From NCBI GenBank assembly GCA_903866275.1, contig CAIPMU010000019.1:34763-98762 (forward strand): DNA of 64,000 nt, given 5' to 3'. This document shows, piece after piece, positions 10,132-19,191 of this stretch. The stretch is from Vampirovibrio chlorellavorus (lineage in GTDB: Bacteria; Cyanobacteriota; Vampirovibrionia; Vampirovibrionales; Vampirovibrionaceae). A model generated the notes under the pieces. That model was not told the DNA's origin. It was given only the letters and a program-made list of their open reading frames with translations, and ran no database searches. Every line of letters begins with the position of its first letter. Within the stretch, counting starts at the first letter, position 1. The position numbers were made by a program, and so were the translations under genes.

Positions 10132-13100
10132 TTAATAAGGCACTCTGTCATCAGTGACCGAATCTTCATGTGGGGCTTCGAGGATGGCGTGCTTGCGGGG
10201 ACGTCGGGCGATCACATCATACACCAGTGGAATCACAAACAGGGTGAGGATAGTCGCCAGCAACATACCGCCCACAATTACGGCGCCCAGCGGCTTACGA
10301 CCATCTGTGCCGGAGCCCAGTCCGACGGCAATGGGGAGCGCCCCAAAAATGGTGGCCACCGAAGTCATAATGATGGGCCGGAACCGGATACGGGCCGCCT
10401 CAATCACCGCTTCACGCGCGGAAAGTCCGGGGCGTTGCTCGCGAATCTGGTTCGCAAACTCCACAATCAAAATCCCGTTTTTGGTGACCAGTCCCACCAG
10501 CAAGACCAAACCAATTTGGCTATACACGTTCAAGCTGTAATTCACGGGCTCCCAATCTGCAAAGCCCGGTAGCATCTTGATGAGATACGGTGCGTAGGAC
10601 AGGACAAACAGGGTTAAAATCGCCCCGGCCAAGGCCAACGGTACGGTCAGCATGACGATCAGTGGGTCTGAGAAGCTTTCGAATTGCGCGGCCAGCACCA
10701 GAAACACCACCACCAGCGCCAGCATGAAGGCAAAATACGTGGCCGTGTCGGCGTCGCGGAATTCCTTGGCTTCCCCTTTCCAGGCGATTCGCATGCCGGG
10801 CTGAATCTCTTGCCGGGCAATACTTTCCAGTTGATCCAGAATCTTACCCATGCTCAGGCCGGGCATGGGAATCAGGGAGCCACTAATGGTCGCCGCACGC
10901 ATGCGGTTGTAGTGATCCAGCTCCTTGGGCGCCACCGTTTCACGGGCATCAATGATATTCGACAACGGCACCAGCGTATTATTCTGCCCACCCACATAAA
11001 TGCTGGAAAGCTGGTCTGGGGTGCGACGCAGATTGGGCTCAGCCTGCACCATGACATCGTAGCGTTTGCCGTTATATTGGAAGGTGGAAATATTCAAACC
11101 ACTCAGCAGAATCTGCATGGTTCGGGCCGCATCCCGCACCGGCACACCCAACAGGGAGGTTTTTTCCCGGTTCAGGGACACTTCCAGTTGCGGTTTGTTC
11201 AGTTTCAGGTCGCTGTCCACGTTAACCAGCCCGAAGATCTCTTTGGAGGCGCGCATCTGGATTTTCTGCACCACGGCATCCAGTTGCTGCAAATCGCCGG
11301 AGGTTTGAATGGCCATCTCGATGGGCTTGCCGAAAGTTTGCACCGGGCTGGATGGCGGGCTCAACGGAAACACAAAGGCTTCGGGGATGCTCATCATCTG
11401 GGGCAGCAAGCCGCGCACAATCTGGGACACCTTGCGCTGGCGATCTTCACGAGGCACCAGATCAACGAACATGATGCCACTGTTCACCAGGCCGGGGCCG
11501 TTGTTGCCCAAGGCAATCACCGAGAACAACTGACGCACTTCGGGGGTCTTGCGATAAATGGCTTCGGCCTTGCGTACCGCTTGATCGGTGTAATCCATCG
11601 TGGAGCCTTCCGGGGCGGAAATGAAGGTCAGAATGTTGCTCCGGTCTTCCACCGGCAGGAATTCGCGGGGCAACAAGGTAAACAAGCCACAGCACACGGC
11701 CACCAGAACCAACACAGCCCCGAAAACCACCACTTTCCGGCGCATAAGCTCATACAGCGCATTCTGGAACCAGTTGGCCATGTTTTCAATCAAGTGATAA
11801 AAACCATTCAGAAAAGCGGAGAAGGGATTGGAGGCTTTTTGATGCTCACCCGCATCCGCTTTCAGCAAGCGGGCGCAGAGCATGGGCGTGATGGTCAGCG
11901 AGACGAAGCCGGAAATGAGAACCGAGCCAGCAACAACGACCGAAAATTCTTTCAGAATACGACCCAAGGTGCCGCCCAGAAAGATAATGGGCAAGAATAC
12001 CGCCACCAGTACGGCCGTAGTGGCGATAATGGCAAAGCCGATTTCTTTCGTGCCTTTGAACGCAGCCTGCATGGGCGATTCACCCAGCTCAATGCGCCGA
12101 TAGATGTTCTCCAGTACCACGATGGTATCATCCACGACCAGACCAATGGTCAGCGTCATGCCCAGCAGGGTGATGGTGTTGATGGTGTAGCCGAGGAAGT
12201 ACATCACGCTGAAGGTGGCAATCAGGGAGATGGGAATGGACACGGCAGGAATGAAGGTGGCCCGGAAATTTCGGAGGAAGAGGAAAATAACCAGTACCAC
12301 CAGCCCAAAGGCCACAAACAGGGACTCAATCACTTCATCGATCGAGTGCTGAATGAAGACGGAACTGTCAAACGCCGTCCCCATCGACAGACCCGGTGGC
12401 AGGTTGCGGCGGATGTCCACCAGTTTTTTCTTGACCGCCTTGGCCACATCCAGCGTGTTGGCCTTGGATTGCTTGACGATGCCCAAGCCCACGGCCGGTT
12501 CGCCGTTAAAGCGCACCAGCGAGCGATCATCACGCGGGCCAATCGCGGCCCGGCCAATGTCGCGCAGGTAAACCGGCTGAGTGTTGACCCGCTTGACGAT
12601 CAGGCGGTTAAACTCCTCCGGGGTTTTCAGCTCTCCCAGGGTGCGAATGGTAAATTCCCGCTTCTGGCCTTCAATCCGGCCCGAGGGGATTTCCACGTTT
12701 TCCGTGGTCAGGGCTTTTTCCACGTCCAGCGCGGTCACCTGTCTGGCAGCCATTTTGGCGGGATCGAGCCACAGTCGCATGGCGTATTCCCGCTCACCAC
12801 CGATGATCACCTGCCCCACACCATCCACGGTCTGCAACTGATCCTTGATGTAGCGATCGGCATAGTCGGTAATCTGCAAGGGGGTATAGTTTTTTCCGGA
12901 TAGACCCAGCCACATGATGGCGCTGGCGTCTGTGTCCTGCTTGGAGATCACAGGTTCTTCAATATCATCCGGTAGTTTGTCACGGGCTCTGGAAACCCGG
13001 TCGCGGACGTCCTGAGCAGCGGTATCGACGTTTCGACCCAGCTCGAACTCGATAATGACCGTATTCACGCCTTCGCGGCTGATGGAGTTCATGCTGCGGA

Positions 13101-13329
13101 TGCCTTCAATCCCAATCAGCTCGTCTTCCAGATTCTCGGTGATGGTGCTTTCCAGAATTTCCGCGCTGGCCCCCGGATACACCGTGGTCACGGAAATGAC
13201 GGGCGGATCAATGTCCGGGTATTCCCGAACGGATAAAAAGGTGAGACTGACCACCCCGAACAGCAGGAGCAGAATGGAGACCACCGAGGCCAGAACAGGG
13301 CGCCGAATGGAAATATCGGAAATCCACAT
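10132..13329 (-). CDS. RND efflux transporter permease (AcrB/HAE1 family)
   Basis: 1065 aa; 'SIRRPVLA', 'REYPDIDPP', 'IGLVVDDTIVVLENI', 'KNGILIVEF', 'RFRPIIMT'. Confidence 0.96.
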   Translation of the reverse strand: MWISDISIRRPVLASVVSILLLLFGVVSLTFLSVREYPDIDPPVISVTTVYPGASAEILESTITENLEDELIGIEGIRSMNSISREGVNTVIIEFELGRNVDTAAQDVRDRVSRARDKLPDDIEEPVISKQDTDASAIMWLGLSGKNYTPLQITDYADRYIKDQLQTVDGVGQVIIGGEREYAMRLWLDPAKMAARQVTALDVEKALTTENVEIPSGRIEGQKREFTIRTLGELKTPEEFNRLIVKRVNTQPVYLRDIGRAAIGPRDDRSLVRFNGEPAVGLGIVKQSKANTLDVAKAVKKKLVDIRRNLPPGLSMGTAFDSSVFIQHSIDEVIESLFVAFGLVVLVIFLFLRNFRATFIPAVSIPISLIATFSVMYFLGYTINTITLLGMTLTIGLVVDDTIVVLENIYRRIELGESPMQAAFKGTKEIGFAIIATTAVLVAVFLPIIFLGGTLGRILKEFSVVVAGSVLISGFVSLTITPMLCARLLKADAGEHQKASNPFSAFLNGFYHLIENMANWFQNALYELMRRKVVVFGAVLVLVAVCCGLFTLLPREFLPVEDRSNILTFISAPEGSTMDYTDQAVRKAEAIYRKTPEVRQLFSVIALGNNGPGLVNSGIMFVDLVPREDRQRKVSQIVRGLLPQMMSIPEAFVFPLSPPSSPVQTFGKPIEMAIQTSGDLQQLDAVVQKIQMRASKEIFGLVNVDSDLKLNKPQLEVSLNREKTSLLGVPVRDAARTMQILLSGLNISTFQYNGKRYDVMVQAEPNLRRTPDQLSSIYVGGQNNTLVPLSNIIDARETVAPKELDHYNRMRAATISGSLIPMPGLSMGKILDQLESIARQEIQPGMRIAWKGEAKEFRDADTATYFAFMLALVVVFLVLAAQFESFSDPLIVMLTVPLALAGAILTLFVLSYAPYLIKMLPGFADWEPVNYSLNVYSQIGLVLLVGLVTKNGILIVEFANQIREQRPGLSAREAVIEAARIRFRPIIMTSVATIFGALPIAVGLGSGTDGRKPLGAVIVGGMLLATILTLFVIPLVYDVIARRPRKHAILEAPHEDSVTDDRVPY

Positions 13330-13334
13330 GGTGA

Positions 13335-14726
13335 TTAGTGTCCTTTCGAGCCAGCGGTAGAAGGATTGCCGCCGGGCGCCTTAGGCCCGTTCAGGTTCAC
13401 TTCCATATTGTCGCCCACCTTTTGCAGGCCACTCACAATCACGGATTCGCCAGCGGCCAGACCGGATTCAATCTGCACCAGGCCAGCCTTACGATGGCCG
13501 ACCAGGACTTCCTGCAGGTGGGCCACATCCGAGGGCGCTTTCCGTGCTTCCGAAGCAGGCTTGTCATTCTTGGTAGTTCCGTCCGGGCTGGGGTTGGGCA
13601 CATACACTTCGTGCCGGATGACATACACAAAGGTCTTTTCACCTTGTGGCACAATGGCCTCTTCGGGAATCACCACCGCGTCCGGAATGGTATTCAGTGC
13701 CAGATTGACGGTGCCAAACAGGCCATGCCGCAGATTGTTTTTTCCAGCCACACGGGCTTTCACAATCACCATCCGGGAATCCGGATTAATCACGGGATCG
13801 ATGAAGTTGACCAGTCCGCTAAAGGCTGTATTGCCCAACGCTTCAAACTGCACCTGCACCGGCTGCCCCGGATACAACTGACTCAAATAACGCTCTGGCA
13901 CCGGGAACTGAATTTTAAACAGCGAGGGATCGACCATGGTAATGAGCTTTTCGGTGGGAATGACGTAATCGCCCAAGGCCACGTATTTCTGGCCAATCAC
14001 ACCATTAAAGGGCGCGCGAATCACCAGCTCGGAGGCCAGCGCCACGTTGTAGCGATAGCTGGAGCGGGCCTGCGCCACGCTGGAACGCGCCTGATTGTAG
14101 CTGGCTCTGGCTGCAGCGAGCCCCTGCAGTTGCTCCTGATAATCGGCCTGCGAAGATTCGTAGGCGCTGCGCTTTTGGTCCAGCTCCAGCTGTGAGACAA
14201 ACTGCTCGGCCAAGAGCTTCTGATACCGATGGTACTCCGACTGAGCCTGCTTGTACTTGACGTTGGCACTGTTGGCGCGGGCCTGTGCCTGACTAATATC
14301 AGCGAGTTGCTGGGCCAGATTGCCCTGTGAGGTCGTAATTCCTTCGGCGGCCTGTTGCACCTGGGCTTCCTGCTTGTCCGCCTTCATGCGGATCAGGACT
14401 TGTCCCCGGTGCACGAACTGGCCTTCTTTCACCGCAATTTGGGTAATAATACCGGGGCTTTCCGGGTTCAAATCCACCTTGTTCTCTGACTCGAGGGTGC
14501 CGGTTGCCGTATACTCCACTGTCCAGGGGGATTGGGTCGAGGTCTTGACGATCACCACCGGCGGAGGCATTTGCCATCCACCCCCGCCGCCTCCGGCGCA
14601 ACCGTGCAAGAACAGGCTGGCGCTGAGCAACAGGGTCAAACTAAACGCAGTGATTTTATGGGGAGGCGTGAATCCGTTATTTTTTGGGAGCAGTGGCGTT
14701 TGTGAAGGCATTGGTGGGGATTCCAT
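13335..14726 (-). CDS. RND periplasmic adaptor (membrane fusion lipoprotein); start may be 14711
   Basis: Lipobox LHGC, lipoyl motif 'VKEGQFVHRGQVL', coiled-coil hairpin, 'IRAPFNGVI', 'GLAAGESVIVSG'. Confidence 0.93.
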   Translation of the reverse strand: MESPPMPSQTPLLPKNNGFTPPHKITAFSLTLLLSASLFLHGCAGGGGGGWQMPPPVVIVKTSTQSPWTVEYTATGTLESENKVDLNPESPGIITQIAVKEGQFVHRGQVLIRMKADKQEAQVQQAAEGITTSQGNLAQQLADISQAQARANSANVKYKQAQSEYHRYQKLLAEQFVSQLELDQKRSAYESSQADYQEQLQGLAAARASYNQARSSVAQARSSYRYNVALASELVIRAPFNGVIGQKYVALGDYVIPTEKLITMVDPSLFKIQFPVPERYLSQLYPGQPVQVQFEALGNTAFSGLVNFIDPVINPDSRMVIVKARVAGKNNLRHGLFGTVNLALNTIPDAVVIPEEAIVPQGEKTFVYVIRHEVYVPNPSPDGTTKNDKPASEARKAPSDVAHLQEVLVGHRKAGLVQIESGLAAGESVIVSGLQKVGDNMEVNLNGPKAPGGNPSTAGSKGH

Positions 14727-16416
14727 TCAATATGTTGGCGGTATTGGCATCGCCCAGCGCGTTGAGGAGACGCACCTGAGCCTGGTTAAAGGAAAGAATA
14801 TTGCGAACCAGTATGGTGCGGGCGGCACCCAGCACCGTCTGAGCATCCAGGACATCGACATTAATGCCCAGACCCGCCTTGAAGCGGCCAAAGGCCAAAC
14901 GGTAAGCTTCCTGAGCCACGGATAATTGCTCCTGAGCAGCCATGATGGCTTTTACAGCGGTACGGCTGTCCAGATAGGCGTTGATCACCTGAGACTGCAA
15001 GTCCCGCACCTGCTGAGCGCGAACCAGTAATTCCTGCTTCACCGCCAGACGACGAGAGGCATAATCCAGCGGAATGCTCGTGCCGAGTCCATCAAACAGG
15101 TTGGCTTGCAACGACAGGCCACCAAAGCGGGTGAGACCCAACTGATTCATTTGAGGACCCAGACCACCAATGTAGGTTTGCAGGGTCACGGCGGGAACCG
15201 CACGACCAAGCGCGGCCCTGGCTTCATCGCGCAGGGCCTTCAGCTCTGTCTCGGTGATTTTCAGGGTGGGGTTGTTGGCTTGCGCGCGGGCTAGCAATTG
15301 CTCGGTACCCAGTTCAAACGGCACCAGCGGATGGGGTTGTACGGGATTCTGGGCCGGGCTCAGGGCCACTTCCGGGTCAAGGTTCAGGACATTGAGCAAG
15401 CTCTGCTGATTGCGAGCCAGGGCATTCTCAGCCTCAATCAGGATTTGTTCACGCGCCACCAGCTGGCTACGCGCCCGCTCCAGATCCAGCTTGGTGCCGA
15501 TCCCGGCATTCAGTCGGGCCTCGTTGAGTTTGACTTGACTGGCGGTTTCCTGAATGCTCAAGCGGGAATTTTCCACCTGCGCGCTGCTGGCCAGTAATTC
15601 GTAATAGGCATTGGCTGCCAGCGTGAGTTGATCATTCAGGCTTTGCTGAATGGCAAATTTGGCCCCTTTGGCCCGTTGACGGGCGGCCAGTGCGGTGAAT
15701 AGATCCTCGCCACCGGGATGAATGACCCAGGTCGCGGACAGTTGCGGCACCAGTCGGGTCTGATAGACATTCACCGTGGCGTTCCCGAAAACCAGAATAC
15801 TCCCCTGAAAGCGTGACTGGGTGTAACTGCCCTGAATATCGGGCAACATAGCCGATAAGGAACGGTAATAGGTCAAATTCTTGATTCTGGCGTTCAGGCG
15901 ATTCTGCGCCAGAGGCAAGTTTTGGGCCTCTACCAGCTTGAGTACGGCAGGCAGATCAATGGGCAGCGTTGACATCTTGGTCACCGAGGCACTGAGCAGA
16001 CCACCCCAGGGGGATTGATCACTCACTGCGGGATTTTCAAACAAGGTGATGCCGCCTTCGGGATCTAGCTGGGCCGAATTCTCAGAGGACAGCGATGGGC
16101 TCGCTTCGGGCGCAGTCATTTCCGGTGTCGCCGAAGAAGAACCAGCTTCAGTGGCAGCAGACAAAGGCAGTTTATCCGAAACCGTCCCAGCCTGCCCTGC
16201 AGCATTCCCGGATACCGGCTTGGCTTGCGAGGATTTGGCAGGCAACAGAAGCTCTGCGACATTTGCCTTTTGAGTCCTTGCCAGGGTCTTTACGGGCTCT
16301 GACGCTGCACTGGCAGCATGGCAAGCAGTCCAGAAACCACCACCCAGAGACAATATCAGGGAGCAGGTCAAGAAAAAGGCAGGACGTTCGGAAGTGTGGG
16401 GGATCCGTGCTGTCAT
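14677..16416 (-). CDS. TolC-family outer membrane channel with low-complexity N-terminal extension
   Basis: Signal peptide; two OEP repeats ('ARLNAGIGTKLDLERA', 'RFKAGLGINVDVLDAQ'); adjacent to MFP and RND genes. Confidence 0.92.
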   Translation of the reverse strand: MTARIPHTSERPAFFLTCSLILSLGGGFWTACHAASAASEPVKTLARTQKANVAELLLPAKSSQAKPVSGNAAGQAGTVSDKLPLSAATEAGSSSATPEMTAPEASPSLSSENSAQLDPEGGITLFENPAVSDQSPWGGLLSASVTKMSTLPIDLPAVLKLVEAQNLPLAQNRLNARIKNLTYYRSLSAMLPDIQGSYTQSRFQGSILVFGNATVNVYQTRLVPQLSATWVIHPGGEDLFTALAARQRAKGAKFAIQQSLNDQLTLAANAYYELLASSAQVENSRLSIQETASQVKLNEARLNAGIGTKLDLERARSQLVAREQILIEAENALARNQQSLLNVLNLDPEVALSPAQNPVQPHPLVPFELGTEQLLARAQANNPTLKITETELKALRDEARAALGRAVPAVTLQTYIGGLGPQMNQLGLTRFGGLSLQANLFDGLGTSIPLDYASRRLAVKQELLVRAQQVRDLQSQVINAYLDSRTAVKAIMAAQEQLSVAQEAYRLAFGRFKAGLGINVDVLDAQTVLGAARTILVRNILSFNQAQVRLLNALGDANTANILNGIPTNAFTNATAPKK

Positions 16417-16468
16417 TGTTGGTTATCCGCTATGTTATGAAGCGACCACGCTTGCGCTAATGGGTATT

Positions 16469-16497
16469 ATTTTGACGGACATTCGCCCAAATGACAA
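16469..16497 (-). promoter_or_regulatory. Candidate sigma70-type promoter for the tolC-MFP-RND genes
   Basis: Minus strand TTGTCA-N17-CAAAAT, about 50 nt upstream of the ATG. Confidence 0.35.
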
Positions 16498-16519
16498 TGT
16501 ATTTTTAGATAAACAGCCC

Positions 16520-17278
16520 TTATGGCTCTGGCTGGTTCAGGCGGATCAAGTATTGATTCAGGGCGATGGCCATACTCCCGCGTGTCATGGGTTGCAGTGG
16601 GTGCAATTTCGCCGGAGGAAGCGTCTCTACAAAACCATTTTTCAAGGCTGTCGCAATGGCTTTTTTACTCCAGACCGGTACCTGATCGGCATCCAGGTAT
16701 TGCGATAAGGTGAGATTGACCGCTGTGTTTTCCAACTGCTGCACCCCATAGGCCTGCGCGAAAATAGCGTAGGCCTCGGCACGCGTTACGGCCTGGTTGG
16801 GATAAAACAAATGAGGCCGATAGCCACTCATAATCCCCTGATGCACCACAGTCTCAATATCGGAGGCCGCCCAATGAGTAGGGGGCACATCATTCAGGAG
16901 CACCGAAAGGGGGTTGGTCACTTCTCGGGTATTCAGGCGAAAGGTTTTCACCAGTAAGGTCGCCAACTCGGCACGCGTCAGACTGCGCTCCGGGTGAAAC
17001 TGACCGTCCCGGTAGACTGTCATCAATCCCTGCTGGCGGACCTTGTCGATTGCATCAGTCAATCCACCCTGTGGCGAGGCCACCCGCTGATCGCGGAGTT
17101 GTTGCGCCTCTTGCTCTTCTAACGGCATAGACACATTTTCAGGGGGCGTCACCCCTGCGTTGGTATCCAGCGGGGATGGCGCCATTGCTGGTGTTTCAGC
17201 GCAAGCCTGCAAGGGCTGGGAAAGGGTGCCCCACAATAGGCAGCATCCTACAAGACCGATGGTTAAAGACTGACGCAC
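16520..17278 (-). CDS. S-layer homology (SLH) domain protein, secreted
   Basis: Signal peptide plus three SLH repeats ('FHPERSLTRAE', 'DVPPTHWA...FYPNQAVTRAE', 'LHPLQPMTRG'). Confidence 0.9.
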   Translation of the reverse strand: MRQSLTIGLVGCCLLWGTLSQPLQACAETPAMAPSPLDTNAGVTPPENVSMPLEEQEAQQLRDQRVASPQGGLTDAIDKVRQQGLMTVYRDGQFHPERSLTRAELATLLVKTFRLNTREVTNPLSVLLNDVPPTHWAASDIETVVHQGIMSGYRPHLFYPNQAVTRAEAYAIFAQAYGVQQLENTAVNLTLSQYLDADQVPVWSKKAIATALKNGFVETLPPAKLHPLQPMTRGSMAIALNQYLIRLNQPEP

Positions 17279-17418
17279 AGGCAGACTCCTCTCTGGGTAA
17301 GGCGATCATAAACCAGCCTGCTTGCTAATTCAACTCGCTTTGCCGCCAACATCGAGCGAGTCATTGAATATGTGTTCAGCCATTCAATGCAATCTGACAA
17401 CCCAAGCAGCGGTGGCGG

Positions 17419-17464
17419 AAAAAACCAACAACCGCCAGAACCTGAATCGGTTTAGCCGGTTGTT
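17419..17464 (-). terminator. Possible terminator after the speD pair
   Basis: Minus strand AACAACCG...CGGTTGTT stem followed by GGTTTTTT. Confidence 0.45.
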
Positions 17465-17498
17465 AGAAGTGTATAACGTTAAAAATAAAGTCAGACGA

Positions 17499-18008
17499 CT
17501 ATACGCCAACAGGCATCAGTTCCAGACGGAACGAAGAACTGGTGGGTGGCATGCGCTTGACCATACTGTCTGCCGATTGCGCTTCGGAGCGGGGGAAGTC
17601 CAGACCGCGCTCCACGTAGTGCGTTTCAGCGTGCTGCACTTCAAAGGCATCCATAATAAACTGCCGTGCCACCGAGACATCAAAGGGCTTGCAGCTGAAC
17701 AGATCAAAAAAGAAGTAGTCTTTTTCAATAAAGGAGTGAAACGAAAGGTGCGATTCTGCAATGACCACAATCCCCGTGACACCCTTATCTTCTGGCACTA
17801 GCCCGGAATAGGGAAACACATAAGGTTGGGTGATCTTGGTCATCCCGATAAAATCAGGCAAGCGGTTCAGGACATCAAACACATAGGCCACGTCGCTGAT
17901 CTTTTCTATGTTGCAGCCCCGGCAATCCAGCATGAGATGCGGGCCAAACCCTTGCATGTCCGGATTATTCAGATTTACTGCGGGCGCTTTGGTTAAAACC
18001 TGGCTCAT
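17499..18008 (-). CDS. Pyruvoyl-dependent SAM-decarboxylase-family proenzyme, divergent paralogue (possibly Arg/Orn decarboxylase)
   Basis: 'GPHLMLD', self-cleavage site 'AE|SH', 'HSFIE', 'DLFSCKPFD' in place of canonical 'HTWPE...YTCG'. Confidence 0.85.
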   Translation of the reverse strand: MSQVLTKAPAVNLNNPDMQGFGPHLMLDCRGCNIEKISDVAYVFDVLNRLPDFIGMTKITQPYVFPYSGLVPEDKGVTGIVVIAESHLSFHSFIEKDYFFFDLFSCKPFDVSVARQFIMDAFEVQHAETHYVERGLDFPRSEAQSADSMVKRMPPTSSSFRLELMPVGV

Positions 18009-18457
18009 CAGGCACCCCCTTTCAACAACTTCGAACTTGCTTCCAGCTCTTGAAAACCGCTTGCAGACGGTGCTTGTAAACGTTTTTCCAGGCGGGCCTT
18101 GATTAGATCCAGATTACCGCGTTTCAGCATCTGGGTTTCGGTAATTTCCGATTGCAGTGCCTCTTTCAGGTAGTGGTAAGCGGCATCCGGCTGAATGTCC
18201 TCGCCGCAGGTATAAAGATCCACCGAGGCGTAGCCGTACTCCGGCCAGGTGTGAATGGCCAGGTGGGATTCGGCAATCACCACAACACCACTCACCCCCC
18301 AGGGTTCAAAGCGGTGAAAGGTGGATTGCACGATGGTGGCCCCACAGGCCAGCGCGGCGGCGTTCATATGGGCTTCAATGCCCGCTACGTCATCCAGGGT
18401 TTCGGCGTTACAGTTGTAGAATTCCACCAATAAATGTTGTCCCAATACAGTTGTCAT
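18008..18457 (-). CDS. speD: S-adenosylmethionine decarboxylase proenzyme
   Basis: '[11 protein letters not shown]', '[32 protein letters not shown]'. Start at ATG 18457 with AGGA upstream; TGATG overlap with the next gene. Confidence 0.92.
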   Translation of the reverse strand: MTTVLGQHLLVEFYNCNAETLDDVAGIEAHMNAAALACGATIVQSTFHRFEPWGVSGVVVIAESHLAIHTWPEYGYASVDLYTCGEDIQPDAAYHYLKEALQSEITETQMLKRGNLDLIKARLEKRLQAPSASGFQELEASSKLLKGGA

Positions 18458-18686
18458 TTTCAAAATTCCTATGCTAGGGGCTGGGTACCAATAGTCTGAG
18501 GGTTGCTCAGACGCCTGCATGCAGGGAGTCTACGAAATGACGCTATCATCAGCTCACCGTAACCCCTAAGGGCTTGAAAAATCGGTGACTTGAATCCAAT
18601 CAAGCGAAAGAGAGTCGATCCGTCAGACGCAGGCAGGCGCGTGCATCATCAAGCCTGAGCCATCATCGGCGGATTGACTGCCACCA

Positions 18687-18941
18687 TCAAAGAGGTAGCG
18701 CAGTAAAAAAGTTTTGAAAAAGCGACTGGCGCCATCGTCGGCAAAGACCCGACTTAAAAATTCCATCGCGTGAGACGTTGCCCGACTCTTGCTTTTGGCT
18801 TTCGCGTTCGGCACATAGTATTGATGAGGCTGAATGCGATCGGCATGACGACTGGGCACAGGCAAAGCTGGGCTTCCTTTCCAGGAGCATCGTGTCGAAG
18901 TGGCACAAGCGGATTGGGACATCGTGAACTTTGATTCTCAC
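18687..18941 (-). CDS. Putative leader peptide/uORF (84 aa) upstream of speD
   Basis: GTG-start ORF (MRIKVHD...GLCRRWRQSLF) beginning ~25 nt after a TGnCATAAT element and overlapping competing hairpins. No obvious RBS. Confidence 0.35.
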   Translation of the reverse strand: MRIKVHDVPIRLCHFDTMLLERKPSFACAQSSCRSHSASSILCAERESQKQESGNVSRDGIFKSGLCRRWRQSLFQNFFTALPL

Positions 18942-18966
18942 AAGCTGGGCAAATTACAGAGTTAGC

Positions 18967-18975
18967 ATTATGACA
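18967..18975 (-). promoter_or_regulatory. Candidate extended -10 promoter for the speD leader
   Basis: Minus strand TGTCATAAT. Confidence 0.4.
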
Positions 18976-19191
18976 CAAGATGCCAAAAAGTGTTCTCCTT
19001 TTTTACAGCCACCACTAGACAAGACTCCTGACTCGTCAGCTTGCTTGCCAGATCCACAATGCCTCTGGCGCTTTTTTCAACGCTGCACAACAGGCTGGAC
19101 TATGCCTGAAGCTCCACTGGGCTGGTCTTGACGCACGTCAGCACCGCCGATGGTAAACACCGAAGACGAACTCACCGCAAGCCGGTCAGCC

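Noticed and set aside
10684-12903. 739-aa ORF on the + strand
   Set aside because: Antisense shadow of the RND permease with no recognisable motifs; explained by codon bias on the coding strand.
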